In this document: in pieces, positions 21,604 through 31,396 of the stretch
How positions within the stretch are numbered: position 1 is the stretch's first letter
How the letters are laid out: each line of letters begins with the position of its first letter
Position numbers and translations under genes: made by a program
Assembly: GCF_006345805.1 (NCBI RefSeq)
Contig: NW_021832473.1
Location: forward strand, 1 to 31,396
Length of the DNA stretch: 31,396 bases
Source of the DNA: Octopus sinensis
Taxonomy: Eukaryota
Direction: 5' to 3'
The notes under the pieces: model-generated
The model's database searches: none
What the model was told of the DNA's origin: nothing
Seen by the model: only the letters and a program-made list of their open reading frames with translations

Positions 21604-22125
21604 AATCATCATTGTTCGACCGTGGTCATGACAATGGAATTTACTATGTTACGCCAGATTTCATGGTCCATCATAGCATTACGGAGGTTCTGTTGCTGGA
21701 TGCCTGTATCCCTGGAGATTACATCAGGGTAGGAGAGTGTGTGCCCTCTGGTATCGTAAGCAGATGGCTTCCGGAGGCGAAGAGTAGAAATTACCTCTTT
21801 TTCAGCTCTACAACAATGTCCAGCAAACTGGACTCTTCTACCTTTCACAAGAGATGATACAGGTGGTAATTTCCCATATATTTGTACTTTGGTTGGATGA
21901 CGCTTCCATGAGAGATTTTAAGGAGGCGAGAGTAAGTTCCATCCAACCATCTCTCAAGCTTCTTTGATAACGTCCAGGTTTCTGAGCCATATAGTAGAAT
22001 TGGTTCGACTGTGGCTTTGAAGATTTTAAGTTTGAAATCTCTACTTAGATTTGATGACCAGATCTTATGCATATCAATACAGGCTGACCAGGCCATACCC
22101 CTTCTAGTTAGAAAAGCAAAAGAAA
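21604..22125 (-). mobile_element. 5'-truncated RTE-clade LINE (C-terminus after the RT domain)
   Basis: ORFs 21845..22096 and 21609..21848 read AWSACIDMHKIWSSNLSRDFKLKIFKATVEPILLYGSETWTL...RRVQFAGHCCRAEKE...YPDVISRDTG...NAMMDHEIWR, followed by a TGATGAT tail. Confidence 0.85.
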
Positions 22126-22404
22126 CCCACCCACCCCTCAGAGCATATGACTATGTCAGGCCTCGACAATGTTTGGCTAACCTGACTTTGCACATAAAGC
22201 ACCAGACTAAGTGCTTTACTTTAATATTTTTGTTATTCATCATTCAAACTTTAAATCAATCAAATGTTGACATTGGAATCCATCTTTCCAGAGTCGAAGA
22301 AAATGGATAAAATAAATAGCAAGAGCAATTAAATCAACTACAAATTTCTCATTTCGCAACAATGCAAAAATACAAACAAACAAACAAAGAAAAAACCAAA
22401 CAAA

Positions 22405-23566
22405 TCTTTATATATAAAAGAGAGGGTATGTGGTGTCTGTCTCCTACGATTTAGATTCCTAACTACTCCCACATTTTGCGGTGCAATTTAACCAAAACCG
22501 GGTATCTTATAGTCGTGATTCATATCGAGCCCTTCTGGGTATTAGCGCGTGTCTACGATGAGTCTACGATTTAAAAGAAAATTTACCATCAATTTTTCCC
22601 ATTTTTAATGCATTTTTGGCATATATAAGGGAAGTAACAATCTAAAAATTTATTATTAAATCTCAGAACGTAAAAAGCTACAGTAACACCCCATCTTTGT
22701 GGTTAACCATATTGAGATGGCTATTTAACTTTTACATCTCTAAAAATGCTTATATAGTTATTTCCCTTACAAACCCGAGCGATGCTGCTAGTCTTTATAT
22801 ATAAAAGAGAGGGTATGTGGTGTCTGTCTCCTACGATTTAGATTCCTAACTACTCCCACATTTTGCGGTGCAATTTAACCAAAACCGGGTATCTTAGTCG
22901 TGATTCATATCGAGCCCTTCTGGGTATTAGCGCGTGTCTACGATGAGTCTACGATTTAAAGAAAATTTACCATCAATTTTTTCCATTTTTATGCATTTTT
23001 GGCATATATAAGGGAAGTAACAATCTAAAAATTATTATTAAATCTCAGAACGTAAAAAGCTACAGTAACACCCCATCTTTGTGGTTAACCATATTGAGAT
23101 GGCTATTATACTTTACATCTCTAAAAATGCTTATATAGTTATTTCCCTTACAAACCCGAGCGATGCTGCTAGTCTTTATATATAAAAGTGAGGTTGTGTG
23201 CTGTCTGTCTCCTACGATTTAGATTCCTAACTACTCCCACATTTTGCGGTGCAGTTTAACCAAAACCGGGTATCTTATAGTCGTGATTCATATCGAGCCC
23301 TTCTGGGTATTAGCGCGTGTCTACGATGAGTCTACGATTTAAAAAAAATTTACCATCAATTTTTCCCATTTTTAATGCATTTTTGGCATATATAAGGGAA
23401 GTAACTCTCTAAAAAATTATTATTAAATCTCAGAACGTAAAAAGCTACAGTAACACCCCCCTTTGTGGTTAGCCATATCGAGATGGCTATTATACTTTAC
23501 ATCTCTAAAAATGCTTATATAGTTATTTCCCTTACAAACCTGAGCAACGCCAGGCGATACTGCTAG
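22405..23566 (+). mobile_element. Head-to-tail trimer of a non-autonomous Helitron (units 22405-22791, 22792-23172, 23173-23566)
   Basis: Each unit starts with TC (TCTTTATATATAAAAG) and ends with CTAG. The array sits between A22404 and T23567 with no TSD. The last unit has a subterminal hairpin CCTG-AGCAACGC-CAGG (23539-23554). Confidence 0.85.
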
Positions 23567-23892
23567 TATATATATATAAAAGAGAGAACGAAGAATATAT
23601 TCGTTGCTCAACACCACCAAACATGACTTTAACATTATCCACGTTAATGTAAATTGGAAGAGAAAACAACACAAACAAAATAATAAAAAAATAAAAAACA
23701 AACAACGAAGACAGAAACATTTGTTGCATAGATTTAAGATAATGTATTAAATTGAATGGCGGAATGGATGATCGGTTTGTATTCGTGGCATGCAAGAACA
23801 TTCGGATTCATTCCGTAAGTCAATAATAAAACGTCAAAAGTAGAAATGGAAAACTATTTGAATACTTATTAATTCTTTTTCTGCTCATTTAC

Positions 23893-23951
<59 letters not shown>

Positions 23952-24407
23952 CACATACGTATAAATATATATATATGTATATACACAAACACATATATAT
24001 GTATACACACACACACATATAATATATATATATATACACATACATATATATATACACACACACACACACACATATATATACATATAGATATATACACATA
24101 CACATATATACATATTATATATATATACATATATATATATATTTACATATATATATATATATTTACACACATACGCATGCATGTAAGCATGTATGTGCGT
24201 ATGCTTGTATGTATGTATGTATATATGTATGTACATGTACACTCATGAGTAAATACATACATAAATACATACACACACACACACATATATATATATATAT
24301 CTCAATGTCTACTTTTCAGAGTTAGTTGCATGTATATATGTGCGTGTACACACACACACATACATACATATATAAATAGAGAGATAGTGTGAGAGGGAGA
24401 GAGAGAT

Positions 24408-24438
<31 letters not shown>

Positions 24439-25094
24439 GTCAACATCTACTTTACTTTATGCTTGCGTGTATGTGCGTACAGCGCATTACTTACAATGAA
24501 GTATGACATTGCTGCAGAAAAGATTTCCATTCTGATACATCAATATCTTCACTCAGGTTTCAGGTGAAAACGCAAATTCACGGAAAGACACGGTAACCTT
24601 TCTCATGCTTATGCACTTAGCTCAATGCAACGTCAAAGATATGACACCTGGATCAGGAGAGGACGACATCTACCTGGTCCATACACAGATGGAGGGTCTG
24701 TCTGAGGACAACCTTCACCTGCCTTGTTGCAGCACAATTGCTAATTAGCCATTAAGCTAAGGATTTCAAAGGTGACTTCTGTATCTGTCAAAAGACCATT
24801 CCGTTATCTGCCACCTGTGGACCTGCTCTATAGCAGCAGAGTTCCAGCGATGTTTTTCTCTCTCTCTCTCTATCTGTCTGTCTGTTTGTCTGTTGGTCTG
24901 TCTAGCTATCTGTCTATCAGTCTATCATGACATACTGTGATACACGATCCCTATTGATCCTTTTTTCTTTCCCTTTTATGATCCCTTTTGATCGAAAACC
25001 TACCCCACTTTTTTTTTTCTCCCCATGAAGAAAAGCTCTACTTTGTAATCTGTCCCGTCTGTGTGCAGCCCTGTGTGGCTAATAAAGAAACATA

Positions 25095-25158
25095 TCTATC
25101 TATCTATCTCTCTATCTAGACAGACAGATAGACAGACAAAAAGATAGACAGATAGACG

Positions 25159-25223
<65 letters not shown>

Positions 25224-25293
25224 GTAGATAGACAGATAGACAGATAAATAGATAGATAGATAGATAGAGAGATAGAAATAGAAATAGAGATAG

Positions 25294-25362
<69 letters not shown>

Positions 25363-25365
25363 TTA
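25095..25365. repeat. (TCTA)n/(GATA)n microsatellite
   Basis: Direct reading. Confidence 0.9.
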
Positions 25366-25877
25366 GCTCAGCTGGCTGAAAATTCAACATCACTGTCAAA
25401 TAGTAAGCTTGTTAAAGAATAATGTGTGTATGTGTGCATGTGAGTGTGTGTGTGTGTGTGTGTGTGCTTGTAAACATATATATATGAATATAAAAATGGA
25501 ACAAAAATGCAATAGAGGGCATTAAAATGTTTGGACAGTGTGCCACCCAATTAAGGAATTGAACCAATGACTTGTGATTGTCAGCCCAACAACCTAACCA
25601 CTAGTCCAAATGCCTTCACTATATCCCACCACACACACATTATATATCATGTGACCATGTGATCACGTGATCGACCAGATCTATCAGATGGTGTTATATA
25701 TCACTGGTCACAATACATTTTTGCATTGTTTTAGCCTTTGAATGATGCACACTCACACACGGATGTACTAATGTGTGGTTTTGCAACATGAGTATGTACA
25801 TATACACATGTAGGATGGTTCTACTTTTTTTTTTGAAGTTTGTCACTTTTTCCATACTAGTGCACCTGAAATGGTGG

Positions 25878-25880
25878 TAA

Positions 25881-25967
<87 letters not shown>

Positions 25968-25983
25968 CAGCAGTAGTAGTTAC
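25878..25983. repeat. (TAG)n/(CAG)n microsatellite
   Basis: Direct reading. Confidence 0.9.
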
Positions 25984-26488
25984 TGTTGTGTCTATGTCAT
26001 TGTTGCTTTGTCGCTGTTTTTCTTTTTCTCCAGAACTTGGTTAAAGAATTTCCATTTGTGAAACAATTCCAAAACTTAAAAGCTTCCCAGAATAAATGTA
26101 TTTATATATTTATTAGGTATCTTTCAACCGAAAACAAAAAAAAAATAAGAAAAAGAAAGAAAACAAATCAAGAAGCCAAAACCAAACTATTGTTCTTATC
26201 AGAGATAAGCCTCCATTCTTCACAACATGCCTTCAACAGGAAATGCTTCAACTCTGCAAGACGTCCATCGATTCTAGTACATGGCAGTCTACAACATCTT
26301 CATAATTACCAGTGAAGATATATGTGTGTGTGTGTGTGTGTGGTTGTGTGTACTTATGTACATATATATATATATATTATTTATATATATGCATATATAT
26401 ATGCAAGTTATACAAATATATATATATACATATACACACACACACACACACACATATATATGTATATGTAAGTGGATATATATATGTA

Positions 26489-26519
<31 letters not shown>

Positions 26520-26598
26520 AGTATATATAAAAATATATATATACATACATACATATACAACATACATATATATATAGTATACATACATACTACATACA

Positions 26599-26647
<49 letters not shown>

Positions 26648-26791
26648 TATATATTACCAAAAATTATACTAATCATACCGCCATTTACCGGATATATGAT
26701 TATAAACATTCCATGTGCTTGGCCGGAGTGAACAGTTGTCTGTTCGTCTTCGCTACATAAGGTTGGTTTATTTATGATGTATTCAGAATCA

Positions 26792-26846
26792 GTTCTGCTG
26801 ACGATCATTAGACGCAAGTGTATGTGAAATCACGGTGATACAGAAC
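26792..26846 (+). ncRNA. Type I hammerhead ribozyme, copy 1 (predicted cleavage after A26840)
   Basis: GTTCTG CTGACGA tCATTAGAC-GCAA-GTGTATGt GAAA TCAC G GTGA T A CAGAAC. Confidence 0.75.
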
Positions 26847-27265
26847 ATAATTCATTTTAAATGTCTTGCTTTGAAAAACTGCATTTGGGTATGATTAGTA
26901 TAATTTTTGGTAGTAGTAATGACTTGTCCCTCCTAGTGTGAGGCATTTATGTGTAATAATGCCCTTATACAATATAGATATAATTAATTTGTTCAAAAGA
27001 GAAAAATTATTTTCGGATTCTTTTCTTTTATGAGGTTTTCACGCTAGCTACCCGATAATTTCTTGTTAAGATCCCTTATTAAGAGATTATCCTTAATTGT
27101 TAAACTTATTCCGAAATACTTTTCATTACCCGACATGCAGTTCGTAAAAAAGCCCGCCATTTACCGGATATATGATTTATAAACATTCATGTGCTTGGCC
27201 GGAGTGAACAGTTGTGTTCGTCTTCGCTACATAAGGTTGGTTTATTTATGATGTATTCAGAATCA

Positions 27266-27321
27266 GTTCTGCTGACGATCATTAGACGCAAGTTGTATGT
27301 GAAATCACGGTGATACAGAAC
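27266..27321 (+). ncRNA. Type I hammerhead ribozyme, copy 2 (predicted cleavage after A27315)
   Basis: GTTCTG CTGACGA tCATTAGAC-GCAA-GTTGTATGt GAAA TCAC G GTGA T A CAGAAC: 6-bp stem I, intact core. Confidence 0.78.
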
Positions 27322-27741
27322 ATAATTCATTTTTAATGTCTTGCTTTGAAAAAACTGCATTTGGGTATGATTAGTATAATTTTTGGTAGTAATGACTTTG
27401 TCCCTCCTAGTGTGAGGCATTTATGTGTAATAATGCCCTTTATACAATATAGATATAATTAATTTGTTCAAAAGAGAAAAATTATTTTCGGATTCTTTTC
27501 TTTTATGAGGTTTTCACGCTAGCTACCCGATAATTTCTTGTTAAGATCCCTTATTAAGAGATTATCCTTAATTGTTAAACTATTCCGAAATACTTTTCAT
27601 TACCCGACATGCAGTTCGTAAAAAAGCCCGCCATTTACCGGATATATGATTTATAACATTCCATGTGCTTGGCCGGAGTGAACAGTTGTCTGTTCGTCTT
27701 CGCTACATAAGGTTGGTTTATTTATGATGTATTCAGAATCA

Positions 27742-27796
27742 GTTTGCTGACGATCATTAGACGCAAGTTGTATGTGAAATCACGGTGATACAGAAC
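27742..27796 (+). ncRNA. Type I hammerhead ribozyme, copy 3 (predicted cleavage after A27790)
   Basis: As copy 2 but with one C missing from stem I (GTTTG). Confidence 0.7.
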
Positions 27797-28123
27797 ATAA
27801 TTCATTTTTAAATGTCTTGCTTTGAAAAACTGCATTTGGGTATGATTAGTATAATTTTTGGTAGTAATGACTTGTCCCTCCTAGTGAGGCATTTATGTGT
27901 ATAATGCCCTTTATACAATATAGATATAATTAATTTGTTCAAAAGAGAAAAATTATTTTCGGATTCTTTTCTTTTATGAGGTTTTCACGCTAGCTACCCG
28001 ATAATTTCTTGTTAAGATCCCTTATTAAGAGATTATCCTTAATTGTTAAACTTATATATATATATATATATATACGTATGTATGTATGTAAGTGGATATA
28101 AACATATATATATATATATATAC

Positions 28124-28527
28124 AGGAGTGGCTGTGTGGTAAGTCGCTTGCTTAACCACATGGTTCCGGGTTCAGTCCCACTGTGTGGCACATTGGGCAA
28201 GTGTCTACTATAGCCTCAGGCCAACAAAGCCTTGTGAGTGGATTTGGTAGATGGAAATTGAAAGAAGCCCGTCGTATATATGTATATATAAATATGTATG
28301 TGTGTGTATATGTTTGTGTGTCTGTGTTTGTCCCACTAGCATTGCTTGACAACCGATGCTGGTGTGTTTATGTCACCGTAACTTAGCGGTTCGGCAAAAG
28401 AGGCCGATAGAATAAGTACAAGGCTTACAAAGAATAAGTCCTGGGGTCGATTTGTTCGACTAAAGGCAGTGCTCCAGGATGGCCGCAGTCAAATGACTGA
28501 AACAAGTAAAAGAGTAAAACAAAAGAG
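28124..28527 (+). mobile_element. tRNA-derived SINE family A, full length
   Basis: GGAGTGGCTGTGTGGTAAG...GGTTCAGTCCCACTG...GACTGAAACAAGTAAAAGAG tail; inserted in (TA)n. Confidence 0.88.
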
Positions 28528-28796
28528 TATACATATATAAGTGTATATAAATATATTTATAGACATACATACATGTATGTATATATATATATATATATAT
28601 ACCCATATGTATATATATCTGGGTACATAGAGCAGGACTGAAAATAGAGAGAGGGTGGCAGCAGAGAAACAAGGAAGGAATCGTTGCATAAATTAGAATT
28701 AATAATTCAGAAAGTGAGAGAGTGAAAAAGTGCATTACAGAGGACGCGTGCATTTATTTATTTTTTTTTTAACGCCTGCATTTGTTGATTTTGCAG

Positions 28797-28807
28797 CAAC
28801 AATTTCT
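28797..28807 (+). CDS. Candidate 11-nt microexon (CAACAATTTCT)
   Basis: T-rich tract, TTTAAC branch-like site, TTTGTTGATTTTGCAG acceptor and CT|GTGAGT donor. Phase 1 entry fits exon 7286-7388 (VS-A-T-I-S). Splice signals only. Confidence 0.3.
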
Positions 28808-29712
28808 GTGAGTGCGTGTATCTGCGTGTGTGCGTGAGTGCGTGAAACATTTGTCTCTAAACATTTGTCCATCCATCTCTCTTACTCCTTCTCTCCATCT
28901 TTAACTTACCCCTCTTTCCCCTCCGTAGCCTATCTGTGTGCACGTGCACGTATGTGCATTCCTAAGCAGCAAGCACTGAATTACAATTAGTTTTGCGCTT
29001 CCTTTTAGAAACTGCACGACTATAAGAAATATATTCTGCACATTTGTGTTAAAGGCCACACTGTAACTAACAGTGCATATGAGGTTTAAGGTACATGTGA
29101 CCCCTGAATGCAGCTTAATAAATATGAGGTGCACGACGCATGCTCACGGATACATGCGACAACACAGTAGTAAAAGAGTGCAGCAAGAATTATTGAAGAA
29201 GAAGACAAAGATGCAGTGAACGAATGCGAGAAGTGCAAGTGCACATGCATGTCAATGCCTTGCGTGCACAAGCGTGCGTGTATGTGCATCTGTGTGTGTG
29301 TGTGTATGTGCGCATGTGTGCGCATATTTAATATGTAATATTTTGGCTCGTACACAAATAGAAAGGGTTAAAATGAAATTTTAGCTGACTTCCTTAGAAA
29401 AGAGAAGCACAAGCCTAAATGTATGCGGGAGGGGTATTACACACACACACGCACACACACACACACAACACACACACTCATACATGTGTATGTGTGTGCC
29501 ATTTGTTCTAAAATGCATGTGTGTTGGTGTGTGTATTGTAACAGTCGCAAACACGAAACACATATAAATATCCATATATATACATACAGAAGTTTACATT
29601 TACATATATATATATGTGTATGTATATATATATATATATACATACAGAAGTTTACATATATATATATATATAAATATATAAATGCATACACATACATACA
29701 TAAATATGCATA

Positions 29713-29885
29713 GACGCGCGGGCATGGCTGTATGGTTAGGGAGCTTGCTTCCTAGCTACATGGTTTCGGGTTCAGTCCCACTGCGTGGCACTTTGGGTAG
29801 GTGTCTTCCGCTATAGCCCCGAGCTGACCGAAGCTTTGTGATTGAATTCGGCAGGCGGAAGTTACTGCCGTGTGTGCATATGTGC
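29713..29885 (+). mobile_element. SINE family A, 5' half
   Basis: GGCATGGCTGTATGGTTAGG...GGGTTCAGTCCCACTGCGTGGCACTTTGGGTAGGTGTCTTCCGCTATAGCCCC. Confidence 0.7.
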
Positions 29886-30672
29886 GTGTAGGTGCTTGTG
29901 CCTCTCCCAAAGAGAGAGAGAGGGATTACATATAAATATGCACACATACTTATATAAGTATACACACACACATACGCATGCACACCCAAATAAGCATAGA
30001 TGTGTATCTTCCATTCAGATACCAGCCAAACAAAACTCCACAACCAAATCTTTTCCCAGAATCAGATACCAAACTTCCGAGCTGACGTAATCAATGTTGG
30101 CACAATGAAGTACAGACCAGGAAAAGGGAGGGGGAGGGATTTATAGAATTGTTACAACAGAAGAGGTAAGACGTGGGTTGTGTGCACGAGATAAGGTGGA
30201 GGGGTACTTCAGCTAAACACGTAGCAGATAAGGAAAACAGGTACAAATTGTCTGCGGGTGGGGGAGTAACAGCATTGGCTTAGATGTAGTAGATATGTTA
30301 TTTGGAAAAGAAATGGACAGATAGAGTGACTGAGGTAATCAGAAGGTGTGGCACGAGTACTCTCTGTAATGTCACAATGTATGGTACAGAGGCCTTTTCA
30401 TTCTGCACTCAATACACTATGCAAAGTGCTAGGGAAAGCATGCCAAAAATCTAACATCCAAATGATTCTCAGACCTATTTAGGATGGCAATAAAACAGTA
30501 AGAACTGATTCAAATTATGATGATCTGTCAAACCCAATGATACTCAACCAGGGTTCATATGACCCTTAAGGGTCCATATAAAATTTTGTTCTTAATAATT
30601 GTGAGTAATAAATTGGATATATTTCTACAATACACAAAATATTTTAAGGTTTTTTACACAGTTCCTAATATA

Positions 30673-31083
30673 GGTGTAGGAGTGGCTGTGTGGTAAGTAG
30701 CTCATTTACCAACCACATGGTTCCGGGTTCAGTCCCACTGCGTGGCACCTTGGGCAAGTGTCTTCTACTATAGCCTCGGGTCATCCAAAGCCTTGTGAGT
30801 GGATTTGGTAGATGGAAACTGGAAGAAGCCCATCATATATATGTGTATATATATATGTATGTTTGTTTGTGTGTCTGTGTTTGTCCCCCTAGCATTGCTT
30901 GACAACTGATGCTGGTGTGTTTACGTCGCCGTAACTTAGCGGTTCGGCACAAGAGACCGATAGTATAAGTACTAGGCTTACAAAGAATAAGTCCTGGGGT
31001 CGATTTGCTCGACTAAAGGCGGTGCTCCAGCATGGCCACAGTCAAATGACTGAAACAAGTAAAAGAGTAAAAGAGAGTAAAAG
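30673..31083 (+). mobile_element. tRNA-derived SINE family A, full length, flanked by a 42-bp direct repeat
   Basis: Complete head, body and GTAAAAGA tail. The flanks 30629-30670 and 31084-31125 match with 3 mismatches. Confidence 0.88.
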
Positions 31084-31396
31084 AATACACAAAATATTTC
31101 GAGATTTTTTACACAGTTCCTAATAATATATACTTGTGTCATTTCTGTTTTTTTTATATACATACACACATATATGTATATATATATATATATGTTTCTC
31201 TTTTGTTTCTCTTTTTTTCCCCTGATGAGATGATTGCATTGTTTTACATCACTTACATCATTATTCCCTCCGGAATAATATCAATGCTTTCATCGAAACA
31301 TATATTGGAAGTATAACGATTTGAATAGCACCTGTGTTTCATTCCATTTCATAATTTACCTAAGTTATGCAACAACATTCACTAACCCTGGAATAT

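Larger units (their letters stand above)
26655..28054 (+). mobile_element. Tandem array (2.9 x ~475 bp) of a non-coding hammerhead-bearing unit (retrozyme or Penelope pLTR-like) with a 24-bp inverted leader
   Basis: Units start at 26678, 27154 and 27628. Each has one hammerhead and no sizeable ORF. 26655-26678 is the reverse complement of 26889-26912. (TA)n flanks both sides. Confidence 0.8.

Noticed and set aside
30019-30165. Good acceptor (CCATTCAG) and donor (GAG|GTAAGA) 147 nt apart in unique sequence
   Set aside because: All three frames contain stops between these sites; a shorter version ending at 30086 needs a weak donor. Worth rechecking only with RNA-seq.
638-31316. Dozens of ORFs rich in I/Y/H/T/C/V/M or poly-K/P/L/V
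   Set aside because: They are translations of (TA)n, (CA)n, (TATG)n, (GAA)n, (CCA)n and (ATT)n repeats, with no domain content or splice support.

Overview
AT-rich, microsatellite-dense eukaryotic genomic DNA. The SINE, LINE and DNA-transposon families look like those of Octopus or another coleoid cephalopod; this is recognition from memory, not a database search. Almost all ORFs in the supplied track are artefacts of simple repeats or decayed transposons. One credible host coding exon is present: a + strand signal-peptide exon at 7286-7388 with a phase-1 GTTAGT donor, so most of the downstream window is probably intron of a secreted or cell-surface protein gene. That region and its upstream flank contain a decayed mariner, an internally deleted Tc1/mariner, two 5'-truncated R4/Dong-type retrotransposons in (TAA)n, RTE-type LINE fragments, many tRNA-derived SINEs, a 176-bp piggyBac-type MITE and a head-to-tail Helitron trimer. 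The most interesting signal is RNA-level: eight hammerhead-ribozyme-like motifs from four unrelated Penelope-like/retrozyme-like families, all inserted in or beside TA-rich microsatellite. They include a nearly three-copy non-coding tandem array whose predicted self-cleavage sites are exactly 475 nt apart (26655-28054), a G3-C8 core-covariant hammerhead inside a 92/9/92-bp fold-back (18142-18334), and a second unrelated fold-back with the same 92/9/92 geometry (9900-10092). All structures were derived by eye and none is experimentally or computationally validated.
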